Source: Myxococcota bacterium (GTDB taxonomy: Bacteria; Myxococcota_A; UBA9160; UBA4427). Taken from it: DNA of 32,943 bases. Of this stretch, positions 17,176 through 26,227 are shown piece after piece. Position numbers and translations under genes: made by a program. Below the pieces are notes generated by a model. That model was not told where the DNA came from. It ran no database searches and saw nothing but the letters and a program-made list of their open reading frames with translations. The stretch is taken from NCBI GenBank assembly GCA_036336835.1, contig JAYZFK010000003.1, positions 1 through 32,943 on the forward strand, written 5' to 3'. Each line of letters starts with the position of its first letter. Position 1 is the first letter of the stretch.

Positions 17176-17688
17176 TCAGCGCGGTTGCAGGCGGCGCTCG
17201 GGAACCGGGGCACGCCCCGTCACGAGCCTGCGCCAGAATCCGGCGAGGCCCCCCGTACGGCGCGCCCGGCGCTTGGTGTTCCGGCGCGCGGTGCGCCGAG
17301 ACCCCGGCTGCCGCTCGATCGCCCGGATCAGCTCGCTTCGCAGCAGCGGAAGCTCGTGATCGATTCGACGGCTGAGCTCGCCGACCTCCGCTGCGAGACG
17401 CGCGACGATCGTCGCCAGGTCTGCAGAAGACGTCTTGTGCTCGCGCTCTCGATCGTCGAGTCGATCCTCGAGCGCGCCGATCGACACCTCGAGCGACGCG
17501 AAGTGCTCGAAGCGCTCGTCGTAGTTGTCCGCGAGCTCGGTCTCGACTCGATTCTCGAGTCGCTCGAGCATCGCGCCGACCGCCGCGAGGTCGTGGGACG
17601 GATCGGTCCACCCTCCCGCAGGAGCGGAGGACGCCGTCGGGTTGCGCTCACGGTCGGCCCGAACCAGGGCTTCGTAGATCCCCGCCAT
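17176..17688 (-). CDS. Hypothetical coiled-coil protein (170 aa)
   Basis: ATG 17688 with AGAAGGA RBS; heptad-like LERLENRVE...LEDRLDDRE...LAAEVGELSRRID. The upstream part of the tracked ORF (to 18675) is an out-of-frame shadow of PhyH. Confidence 0.7.
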   Translation of the reverse strand: MAGIYEALVRADRERNPTASSAPAGGWTDPSHDLAAVGAMLERLENRVETELADNYDERFEHFASLEVSIGALEDRLDDREREHKTSSADLATIVARLAAEVGELSRRIDHELPLLRSELIRAIERQPGSRRTARRNTKRRARRTGGLAGFWRRLVTGRAPVPERRLQPR

Positions 17689-17912
17689 TGCATTCCTTCT
17701 GGGCAGCTCTCTACTTGGTAGTGCTGAGATGGGCCGACTGGGTGACAAGAAATCTTCAGCGAGGCCCGAGTATGACCGGCGTTGCCGGTTCCACGGCCGT
17801 GATCTCGCCCCCGCGCAGGCACCCCGCGCGCAAGTCGCCGGAGGCGAGCTTGCAATCACGACCGTGTGGCGCGCGGACCGGGAGAAGTGGCCCCGGCTTT
17901 GCGACATCGCGG

Positions 17913-18818
17913 CTAGGGCTCGCGCTGCTGGACCTCGAAGATGGTGCGGACTCGTGACGGTCCGACCTGACAGGGGCGGGGGTCGTGGCGAGCCCAGCGC
18001 GCCGGCTCGCCTCGGATTAGCCTGTCGCCGTGTGGACTGGCGCGCACGATGTCGGTATACGCGAACGCGTCTGCCGCCGCGTAGGTCTGGAGCAGCAGCG
18101 GTCTCTCCCGAGCAGAGACGTTCGGCGCAGATCCGTGGACCGTGCGGCAGTTGTGCACTGTGACGCTTCCCGCAGGACCAACCGGGTAGACCGCACTCGT
18201 CAGGTCGAGTCGCTCGAGATCGTCGCTCGCGATGCAGCCCGCCCAGTCGTCGCCAGCGTACTGGTCGAAGAGCGGGCCGAGGTGGCTCCCGGGGATGAAG
18301 CCCACATTGCCCATCCCGGGCTCGACGTTGCTCAGGAATACGCCCACGGTCAGCGGGGAGTAGTTGGTGTGCGGCCAGAACTGGATGTCCTGGTGCCACT
18401 TGACCTCCTCGCCGCCGCGAGGCGCTTTGAAGTTGAGCTTTCCGTGGTGGTACTTGATGTCCGGGCCGATCAGGTCGTGAACGAGATCGACGAGGATCGA
18501 TTGGCTGACGAACTCCCAGTAGGTCTCGTGCAGGTCGGCGGGCGAGACCAGGCGGCGCAGCCGAGGATGCTCGGGTGTGTGGTCCGGCTCGAGATCGAAG
18601 AGCGGAGTGGACGAGTCGAGCTTGCGACTCTGCTCGACGAAGTCTGCGGTGACGCCGCGCAATCGGTCGAGCCAATCGCGATCGACGAGCTCCTGGATCG
18701 AGATGAAGCCGTCGCGCTCGTAGGCGGCGCGCTGCTCCGGGCGGAGCAGCTTCGAATTTGCGGCCGCCTCGCCGGTGATTCGGGTGGCCTCGGCTTCGGG
18801 GGAGATCGAGTTGGACAC
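17913..18818 (-). CDS. Phytanoyl-CoA dioxygenase (PhyH) family Fe(II)/2-oxoglutarate dioxygenase
   Basis: YERDGF, KLNFK, WHQD (HxD), IPGSH and HNCRTVHGSAPN...R. Confidence 0.92.
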   Translation of the reverse strand: MSNSISPEAEATRITGEAAANSKLLRPEQRAAYERDGFISIQELVDRDWLDRLRGVTADFVEQSRKLDSSTPLFDLEPDHTPEHPRLRRLVSPADLHETYWEFVSQSILVDLVHDLIGPDIKYHHGKLNFKAPRGGEEVKWHQDIQFWPHTNYSPLTVGVFLSNVEPGMGNVGFIPGSHLGPLFDQYAGDDWAGCIASDDLERLDLTSAVYPVGPAGSVTVHNCRTVHGSAPNVSARERPLLLQTYAAADAFAYTDIVRASPHGDRLIRGEPARWARHDPRPCQVGPSRVRTIFEVQQREP

Positions 18819-18891
18819 GGCTCGATTCTACTCCCTCCGGCTCGCGCGCAGGATCTCTGGGTCGCGAGACTCCCGAGGACGTTCGTCCGTT

Positions 18892-20175
18892 CTAGGCGTC
18901 CTTGACGGTGAGATCGCGGGCCAGCGTGCGCGCGGCGAGGAAGTAGTGGACGGACGACCACAGGTTGCCGATCGATACGATGCTGACGAGAGCCCATCGA
19001 AGCGATTCGTTGCCGTAGCGCGGTGCGAGGGCGTCGCTGACGAAGCCGACGAACCACGGCCCGATGCCCAGCCCGATCAGGTTCAGGATGAAGAGCAGGA
19101 TCGCCGAAGCGACGGCCCGCATGTGAGGCTTGACCAGGGTTTGCGTCATCGCGAAGGTCGGGCCGAGGTACATCGGTCCTGCGATTCCGGCGGGAATTCC
19201 GAACAACAGGAGCGCGACGTACGGGTCGGGGCTCAGGTAGTAGCCGAGTGCGATGGGAATCCCGGCGATCGTCGCGATCCCGGGAAGCCACATGTACCAG
19301 CGCACGTCTCGGTGTGCGAGACGGTCGCCCAGCGCCCCGCCCAGATAGGTCCCGGCCACCGCGACGAGGCCGATCGCAGCCAGCCAGCTGCCACGCTCTG
19401 CCAGTCCCATCCCGTGCACGCGGGCGAAGAAGGACGGCACGAAGTAGGCGGCCCCGTAGCCGACGAACGCGTGCAGTGAGCCCGCGAAGGAGAGGTGCCA
19501 GAAGGAGCGCAGCCCGGCCATGAAGCGCACCACCTCGCCGATCGACTCGCTCTCGCGCTCGACGGGGGCGCGTGCTTCGGATCGACCGCGGACCGGCTCG
19601 CGCAACGTCGCCCAGACGGCGAGCGAGAGCAGGATGCCCGGCAGACCGACGACCACGAAGGCAGTCCGCCAGCCGAAGGCCTGTCCCACCCAGGCGCCGA
19701 CCAGGGTTCCGAGGGATCCGCCGATCGGGATGCCAAGGGCGTAGATCGAGAGGGCCGTCCCTCGCCGTTCCGGGGGAAAGAAGTCCGAGATCAGGGAGTG
19801 GGCGGGCGGTGAGCACCCGGCCTCGCCAATCCCCACCCCGATGCGGGCAACCAGGATCATCCAGAAGTTGCGGGCCGCCCCGGTGAAGGCCGTGAACAGG
19901 CTCCAGACCAGGACGCTGATGGCGATGATGTTCGTTCGAGAGCCCCGGTCGGCCCAGCGCGCGATCGGGAGGCCGGCGATCGTATAGAACAGCGCGAATG
20001 CAATCCCGCCGAGGAACCCCAGCTCAGTGTCCGAGAGCTGGATCTCCTCCTTGATCTTCTCCATCAGGATCGAGAGGATCTGACGGTCGATGAAATTGAA
20101 GATATAGACGCCGAGCAGCAGGCCGAGGGCGTAGTTGGCGTAGCGAGGAGTGATCTCGGGCGGCGGTGAGGTCAT
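18892..20175 (-). CDS. MFS transporter, spinster-like
   Basis: NFIDRQILSIL, LSDTELG, ARWADRGSR, ARIGVGIGEAGCSPPAHSLISDFFPPERR and GWRTAF; ~12 TM segments. Confidence 0.93.
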   Translation of the reverse strand: MTSPPPEITPRYANYALGLLLGVYIFNFIDRQILSILMEKIKEEIQLSDTELGFLGGIAFALFYTIAGLPIARWADRGSRTNIIAISVLVWSLFTAFTGAARNFWMILVARIGVGIGEAGCSPPAHSLISDFFPPERRGTALSIYALGIPIGGSLGTLVGAWVGQAFGWRTAFVVVGLPGILLSLAVWATLREPVRGRSEARAPVERESESIGEVVRFMAGLRSFWHLSFAGSLHAFVGYGAAYFVPSFFARVHGMGLAERGSWLAAIGLVAVAGTYLGGALGDRLAHRDVRWYMWLPGIATIAGIPIALGYYLSPDPYVALLLFGIPAGIAGPMYLGPTFAMTQTLVKPHMRAVASAILLFILNLIGLGIGPWFVGFVSDALAPRYGNESLRWALVSIVSIGNLWSSVHYFLAARTLARDLTVKDA

Positions 20176-20320
20176 GAGGCTCGCTCATTCTGCCTCAACC
20201 GAGCCGCGGGGGCCGACCTCGCGAACCTCGTTCACCAGAGCGATCGAAGGGCGCCACCCGAACGGGATGTGGTGCTACGCCAACGGGCCTCGGTCCACGC
20301 GCTCGACCCGGTGCGGTTGC

Positions 20321-20353
20321 TCGACCCGCCCCGGAGCTGCCGGGGCCGGTCGA
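20321..20353 (-). terminator. GC-rich hairpin just downstream of the Hsp20 stop (no U-tract)
   Basis: TCGACC-C-GCCCCGG-agctg-CCGGGGC-C-GGTCGA: 13 pairs with one mismatch, 13 nt after the stop. Confidence 0.4.
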
Positions 20354-20366
20354 GGCTTCGCTGCGA

Positions 20367-20939
20367 TCAGCGAGCTCGGTTCGTCGTGATCGCCCCCGTT
20401 TGCCCCTGCGTCCGCTTCGGGATTTCGATCGACAGGACCCCGTCCGCGAAATGGCTGTGGAGCGCCTGTTGGTCCGCCTTGGCCGGTAGCGGCAACGAGC
20501 GGGAGAACCGCCCATAGGTGCGCTCGACGTAGCAGGGCTGCTCCTCCGCCTGCTCACGTTCGTTCCGCTTCTCGCCGCGAATCGTCATCACGTCGCCGTG
20601 GAGCTCGATCGTGATGTCGTCCTTCCGGCCGCCCGCGAGTTCGAGTGTGACCGTGAACTGGTCGGCGCTTTCGCAGATGTCCATCGAGGGCGCCCAACGC
20701 GCGTCGCGCGCCGGCTGGGGCGTAGGCGACCAACGGGTGGCGTGCCATTGGGAGAAGAGGTCGAGCTCGAGACCGGACAGCAGCCTGGAGCCTGCGGGCC
20801 TGCCGTCGGAGGTCGCCTGCTGCTCTTTTCGAGTCAGCCGCAGGGCCGATCTCTCGGGCCCCTGGATCCAGGCCAGAATGCGCTGAGTGATCGGGCGGGG
20901 CTGGAGTAGAGCTGTGGATCCAAGTCGTCCCATTATCAT
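20367..20939 (-). CDS. Hsp20/alpha-crystallin small heat-shock protein (start uncertain, possibly degenerate)
   Basis: WAPSMDICES, MTIRGEK, VERTYGRFSRSLPLP and FADGVLSIEIPK. Confidence 0.82.
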   Translation of the reverse strand: MIMGRLGSTALLQPRPITQRILAWIQGPERSALRLTRKEQQATSDGRPAGSRLLSGLELDLFSQWHATRWSPTPQPARDARWAPSMDICESADQFTVTLELAGGRKDDITIELHGDVMTIRGEKRNEREQAEEQPCYVERTYGRFSRSLPLPAKADQQALHSHFADGVLSIEIPKRTQGQTGAITTNRAR

Positions 20940-20953
20940 TCATCTCTGGAGTG

Positions 20954-20976
20954 TTTTAACATATATACTGTTAAAA
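20954..20976. promoter_or_regulatory. Perfect inverted repeat TTTTAACA-N7-TGTTAAAA in an AT-rich patch upstream of Hsp20 (putative operator)
   Basis: Arms at 20954-20961 and 20969-20976 are exact reverse complements. Confidence 0.55.
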
Positions 20977-21184
20977 ATGATTATTCTTGGTGCAAGATCA
21001 ATGGGATCAAGATTTGGTCAACCGGGTGACGCGCGTCCTGACGGCCGCCGATCCCCCCGGGTGAAGCCCTGAGTCCGGCAACCGTTTCCGTTACCACGGC
21101 TCGTGAGGTGCCAGGACTCGGGAAGATCGCCAGGCGAGCGCTGCCCGGAATGCGCGGAGGGCCGCCCAGCCAGCTAACCAGCGG

Positions 21185-23416
21185 TCAGCTCGGCCGCGGG
21201 GGCTTCGGCCCCTTCTGTCGGGGTGGGTCGATCCAGATGGGAGAAGACCAGGCGCGTTCTTCCACGTCCGCAAGGCAGGATTCGCCATCGTCCGCGTCGA
21301 CGGCGCAGGCACGGACGGCGATGCAGCGTCCGTCCGAGTCGTAGCGGCACCCGAGGCCATCGCCGTTTACTGCCGGCGTGGGTGACTGGATTGCGCGGAC
21401 GTAGTAGGCAATGCCCCGCCCGAGCTCTGGATAGGCCGGGTCGTCGAACTCGACCTGGCAGCCCGTCTGGCCCCGTTCGCAGGGAAAGGTCTTCCAGGGA
21501 TCTTCGACCAGATCGGCGACGTTTTCGCTGGCGGCAACCTGGGGCCGAATCCGGACGACTTCGATTCGAGAAATCGACTTTCGCTCGTCCGAGGGGTTGT
21601 AGCATTCGTTCAGGCACAGGCTGGCGAGGCGTTGTGCCCCGAGCGCTCGTGCCACGTAGTCGGGGCAGCCGGGCGACTGTGCGAAGGCCCCCACGGCCGA
21701 GACGCGAAACCTGGGAGTCGCCGCCATTGCGACTTCGGAGCCCATCGGGGCCGGGCCGTCCGGGGCGTTCAGCAGGTCGAACCACAGCAGGATCCGATCG
21801 CCGCTCGTGGCGTACACCTCCCGGTTCTCCAGCGCGGAGAAGATCGAATTCCGCTGACGCGCGGACGCATGGGCGGCGACGAGGCCTCCCGTGACATAGA
21901 GCGAGGCTTGGCGCTCGGTGTCCCGCCGGCGTTGGATGGGAAGCTCGCTGAGGACGACCTCGCGCGACTCGGGCACCGGGTCTCCACTGGAGAGGAACGC
22001 GCTCGGACTCAGGGTGGCGTCTGCATTTCGTCGGAGGCCGAACTCCTTGAAGCCGTTTCCGGCGCGCGCGCGGTGGGTGTCGCTCGATCCGATGAATCCC
22101 ATGCGGTACTGGAGCGGCGCGCTGGGGTCCGAGAGGTTCGTGCTTGCGAGCGCGTACTGGCCCGACATCCTCGGCAGGTGGTTGTTGGCGGCGAGGAAGC
22201 AATCTCGACACTGACCGCAGTCGAGCCAGTCTCTTGCGGTAACGCCCGGAATGGTCTGGTGCCCGGCGGGGCCCGCAGCCAGGTAGTGTCGCCGCGCTGT
22301 GGCGGCGCGTTCGTCGCAGTCCTCGATCGAGCCACTCGCATTGCAGCGCGCGCGAATGATTTCACCCGCCTGCCAGCAGCACGCGAGGTAGTCGTCCGCG
22401 GGTGCCGGACAGACCAGCTCGCCCGCGGCGTCGGTCGTTCGGGTTCGCCAGCTTCGGTACTCCTCGGTGTTGCCGTGTCCGGAGTAGATCTCGAATAGGC
22501 GTTGGCGATCGGGGTCGTGCTCGGTCGTCGTGAGTCCGAGGTCCAGAGACGCCCCGCCGGGCGCGTTGAAGCCCCAGGTGGTGCCGTGCGGGATGACCAG
22601 GCTGTCGAAGCCCCACTGGTCGAGCTTGGCGTAGAGCTCGGAGGGCGTCTCGACGCCCTCCATGCAATCTTCGGGAAGATCCTTCGTATCGGGACCGGCC
22701 CGGCAAGCTGGCGTGTTCGCGACCTCGCTCGTCTGGCGCTGCTGGTCCCAGTACACCTGGCGGTTTCCCAGGTCGGCGAGCGGAGCGAGGCGCGCGGCCA
22801 ACGGAAGCTTCATTCCGGTGAAGTCGGGGCGGATCGCGTGGACCGGACGAGTCGGCACGCGACCTTCTCCGATCTCGCGGAGCACGACGTTCTTGTGGCC
22901 GTAGTGGCTCTCGGGGGTGTTGCCGACCTGTGTCCATTCCCAACCCAGGAAGGCGACGGTGTCGGGCTCGCCCTCGGCAGTGACCGGCGCGTTGCACTGG
23001 CGGAGCGAGTCGATCGTCTCTCGCCAATGCTGCGGCGTGAGACCTTCCGCGTGGTCGTTGATGCTCCAGAAGTCCAGGTCGGCACAGAAGCGCGCGAAGT
23101 CGCAAGCATCCGCCGGAGGATGAACCCCCTCGCCGCCCAGGAGCGGCAAGGCGAGCGCGAACGCGTCGGCGGAGAAGGTCGTGTGGACGTGAAGGTCGCC
23201 GAAGAGGATCTGCTTGCCGACGCCGGGCGGGGCGCCGACCGCCTCGCGAGCGGAGTCCTGTCGCGCCTTGCGAGCGTTCACGGCGGTCGAGGGAAGCGCG
23301 GCCTCGGTCACGGAGCCCGGGCCCTGATGCTCCCCGCAGCTGGCGAGGGCGGTCGTGGTCAGAACGAAGACGATCCCGGCGCGCCTCACGAGGCGGCGTG
23401 TGATTTGCAGTCGCAT
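21185..23416 (-). CDS. DUF3604 domain lipoprotein (PHP-like putative metallohydrolase)
   Basis: Lipobox LASC; LFGDLHVHTTFSADA, LDFWSINDHAE, GWEWT, GHKNV, IPHG, EIYSGHG, GSSDTH, EVYATSGDRI, YYVRA and ERAWSSPIW. Confidence 0.9.
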   Translation of the reverse strand: MRLQITRRLVRRAGIVFVLTTTALASCGEHQGPGSVTEAALPSTAVNARKARQDSAREAVGAPPGVGKQILFGDLHVHTTFSADAFALALPLLGGEGVHPPADACDFARFCADLDFWSINDHAEGLTPQHWRETIDSLRQCNAPVTAEGEPDTVAFLGWEWTQVGNTPESHYGHKNVVLREIGEGRVPTRPVHAIRPDFTGMKLPLAARLAPLADLGNRQVYWDQQRQTSEVANTPACRAGPDTKDLPEDCMEGVETPSELYAKLDQWGFDSLVIPHGTTWGFNAPGGASLDLGLTTTEHDPDRQRLFEIYSGHGNTEEYRSWRTRTTDAAGELVCPAPADDYLACCWQAGEIIRARCNASGSIEDCDERAATARRHYLAAGPAGHQTIPGVTARDWLDCGQCRDCFLAANNHLPRMSGQYALASTNLSDPSAPLQYRMGFIGSSDTHRARAGNGFKEFGLRRNADATLSPSAFLSSGDPVPESREVVLSELPIQRRRDTERQASLYVTGGLVAAHASARQRNSIFSALENREVYATSGDRILLWFDLLNAPDGPAPMGSEVAMAATPRFRVSAVGAFAQSPGCPDYVARALGAQRLASLCLNECYNPSDERKSISRIEVVRIRPQVAASENVADLVEDPWKTFPCERGQTGCQVEFDDPAYPELGRGIAYYVRAIQSPTPAVNGDGLGCRYDSDGRCIAVRACAVDADDGESCLADVEERAWSSPIWIDPPRQKGPKPPRPS

Positions 23417-23534
23417 CCGGACGACCCCGATGCGGGTGGTCGGCAGCCTCGAGCGACTCGGGTGATAGCACTCGAGTTCGCGGCGTCGCTCGAGGTCTTC
23501 GTCCCGAGCAATCCGATGCGGGCGGAGTCTGGAG

Positions 23535-23611
<77 letters not shown>

Positions 23612-23620
23612 AGCCGCCGG

Positions 23621-23648
23621 AGTATGCCCTCAAATCCCGCTCGAGCAA
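23621..23648 (-). promoter_or_regulatory. Putative sigma70-type promoter for tRNA-Pro
   Basis: TTGCTC-16 nt-CATACT followed by a GC-rich discriminator, 9 nt before the tRNA. Confidence 0.5.
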
Positions 23649-23739
23649 GCGGCGCGGGCAAAGGGCTCGGCCCTCCGGCGAGCGGTCGGATAGTCTCTGG
23701 GCGACCCGGCACTGGAGTGGATCCGGGGAGCGAGGCCCC

Positions 23740-26115
23740 TTGCTCGGCGACCCCTCGTCCATCGATCCCGAAGTGCTCGCCCTGGGGCTTGCGTTGCTGC
23801 TGTGGGGCGGGGCCTGGGCCGCCTACCGGCGTCCGGGGCGGGTGATCGCGCACTCCGGAGCGGTGCTGCTCCTGCTCGTGGGGATCTCGCTCGCGGCGGC
23901 GGGCTCGCTGGTCCAGCTCGCCCCGCTCGGGCTGCGGCTGCGGATCGATCCCTCCACCGACCCCCTGCTGCCGCGCGGCGATCCGGCGCGAGCCCTCCAT
24001 CGCGACGCCACGCTCACCTTCGGGGACGACCAGGTCTACGTCGTCGCCGTCGAGTGCCCGGCGATCTTCGAACCCGGGTGCCTGCGCGAGATCGAGACCG
24101 TCGCGGCCGCGATCTCGCGGCTGGACGGGGTCCAGTCGGTCACCAGCCTGTTGTCGGCGACCTCGTTCGGCTACGACGCCGCCGAAGACTGGATCGAGGT
24201 CCGCGATTTCATCGAGGAGATCCCCAGCGATCCCGACGAGCTCGCGGCCCTGCGGAAGCAGGCGCTCGCCGATCCTGTGTACCGCCGCACGCTGATCTCG
24301 CCCGATGCGCGGACCTGTGCCATCGAGGTGCGGCTCGACGAAATGACGGACGCGGCAATGATCGCCAGCAATCTCGACCGGCGCATCGAGTCGATCCTGA
24401 GTGCGCGAGAGCGAGCCGGCGTCGCGGCGAGCTTCCGGATCTCGGGCCGGCCGCACTTCAAGATGCACGTCTATCGGGGCATGGTGCGCGACCTCGGCAT
24501 CCTGATCCCGCTCGCCATCGTTGCGATCGGCGCTGTGCTCGCAGCCTTCCACGGCAACCGTCGCGGCGTGCTGCTGCCGCTGGCCAACGGGCTGCTGGCG
24601 GTGCTGTGGACCTTTGGCGCGATGGCGGCGCTCGGTCGTCCGTTGTCGCTGCTCACGGTGTTGATCGGTCCGACGCTGCTCGCCGTTGGGAGCGTCCACG
24701 GGCTCCACGTGGTCGCGCGCTACGACGAGGAGGTCGCCGGCGCCGGGACGGCGCGCGAGGCCGCCGAGCGGACGCTCGCTGCGCTGCTGCGTCCGCTGGC
24801 GATCGCCGCGTCGACCACCGCGCTCGGCTTTGCGGCACTGCTGGTGAGCGACGTGCCCGCCGTGACCGAGCTCGGTGCCTTCTCCGTGCTGGGCATGGGA
24901 GCGATCGCGCTGCTCGCCGTGGCGGGTGTGCCCGCAGCGCTCGCGCGCATGCCGCTGCGAAGCGGACGCCCCCGGCTGGCCCGGGCACTCAGCCGGTGGC
25001 TCGAGCGTGCACTTCTCGCGGTCTCGCGTGCAATCGCGCGTCACGTGGGGCTCGGGCTCGCGAGCTTCGGCTGCGCGGCGATCGTCGCCGTCCTCGCCCT
25101 GCCGCGGATCGAGATCGATACCGATTACCTGTCCTACTTCGACCCCGATGCCCCAGTTCGGCGCGACTTCGACGCCATCAATCGCGCGCTCTCGGGAGCG
25201 GTCCCGCTCTACGTGATCGTCGACACGGAGGGGCCGGCCGCGCTGCGCGACCCAGCGATGTTGCGCGCGCTCGAGGCGCTGCAGCAGCGGGTCGAGCGAG
25301 TGGAAGGGGTGGGGCGGGCGCTGTCGTTCCTCGACCCGCTGCGGGTGCTCAACCGCGCCTTTCACGAGGACGATCCGGCACAGGAGCGTATTCCCGACAC
25401 ACGCGGCGAGATCGCCGAGCTGCTGTTCATGATCCCGAAGGCCGATCTCGGCCGCTACGCGACGCTCGATCACGCGCGCGCCAATGTCGTCGCGCGCGTC
25501 GGAGAGGTCGGTTCTGCCGCCGTCCTGCGGGTTGCCGGCGAGATCGAGGCCGCCGCGACCGCGGTGCCGCTGCCCGAAGGGGTCCGCGTCTCGGTCACTG
25601 GGAACGCGCTCCTGCTGGCGCGCAGCGCCGACGGCGTCGCACGCACGCAGCCGCTCTCGGTTGCGCTCGCCGCCCTCGGCATCTTCGGGTTCGTCGCGCT
25701 CGGGCTGCGTTCGCCGCGCCTCGGGGCGCTCGCGATGGTCCCGAATCTGGTTCCGGTGCTGTTCTTCTTCGGACTGCTCGGGCTCGGGGCCGCGCCGCTG
25801 TCGCTGCCGACGAGCCTGATCGGCGCCGTCGCACTCGGCATCGCGATCGACGACACGGTCCACCTGCTGGTGCGTTACCGCGACGAGCGCATCGCAGGAT
25901 GCGATCCCGAGCAGGCGGTCTCGGCCTGTCTGCGCAGCGTGGGGCGACCGGTCGCCATCACCTCGCTGATGCTGTCGGCCGCGTTCGGCACGATCGCGTT
26001 GTCCGAGTTCGCAACGCTGCGCGAGTTCGGGGTGCTGACTGCGGTGACGATGGGCCTGTGCCTGATCACCGATCTGGTGCTGCTGCCGGCCCTGCTCCTG
26101 CGTGCGAGGATCTGA
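23740..26115 (+). CDS. MMPL/RND family transporter
   Basis: Two repeats of TM, periplasmic domain and 5 TMs; TTALGFAALL, GIAIDDTVHLL, VGRPVAITS and DLVLLPALL. TTG start uncertain. Confidence 0.9.
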   Translation: MLGDPSSIDPEVLALGLALLLWGGAWAAYRRPGRVIAHSGAVLLLLVGISLAAAGSLVQLAPLGLRLRIDPSTDPLLPRGDPARALHRDATLTFGDDQVYVVAVECPAIFEPGCLREIETVAAAISRLDGVQSVTSLLSATSFGYDAAEDWIEVRDFIEEIPSDPDELAALRKQALADPVYRRTLISPDARTCAIEVRLDEMTDAAMIASNLDRRIESILSARERAGVAASFRISGRPHFKMHVYRGMVRDLGILIPLAIVAIGAVLAAFHGNRRGVLLPLANGLLAVLWTFGAMAALGRPLSLLTVLIGPTLLAVGSVHGLHVVARYDEEVAGAGTAREAAERTLAALLRPLAIAASTTALGFAALLVSDVPAVTELGAFSVLGMGAIALLAVAGVPAALARMPLRSGRPRLARALSRWLERALLAVSRAIARHVGLGLASFGCAAIVAVLALPRIEIDTDYLSYFDPDAPVRRDFDAINRALSGAVPLYVIVDTEGPAALRDPAMLRALEALQQRVERVEGVGRALSFLDPLRVLNRAFHEDDPAQERIPDTRGEIAELLFMIPKADLGRYATLDHARANVVARVGEVGSAAVLRVAGEIEAAATAVPLPEGVRVSVTGNALLLARSADGVARTQPLSVALAALGIFGFVALGLRSPRLGALAMVPNLVPVLFFFGLLGLGAAPLSLPTSLIGAVALGIAIDDTVHLLVRYRDERIAGCDPEQAVSACLRSVGRPVAITSLMLSAAFGTIALSEFATLREFGVLTAVTMGLCLITDLVLLPALLLRARI

Positions 26116-26227
26116 GGAGCCCCCCGCGACGCACGGGCAAGCGCGCCCTGGCTGCCCTTCGACCCGATGGCGGCGAGCCCGAGGCACGCGCTGTGCCCTG
26201 GCGAAGACGGGTCGTGGATCGTCGGGG

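Noticed and set aside
20931..20991. Fur-box-like words (ATTATCATT, AATGATTATTCTT)
   Set aside because: Best alignment is only about 11/19 to the consensus within AT-rich DNA, and no iron gene is adjacent.
23465..23491. CIRCE-like half site ATAGCACTC
   Set aside because: The second arm (GAGTGCTAA) is absent at the 9-nt spacing, and it is not upstream of a chaperone gene.
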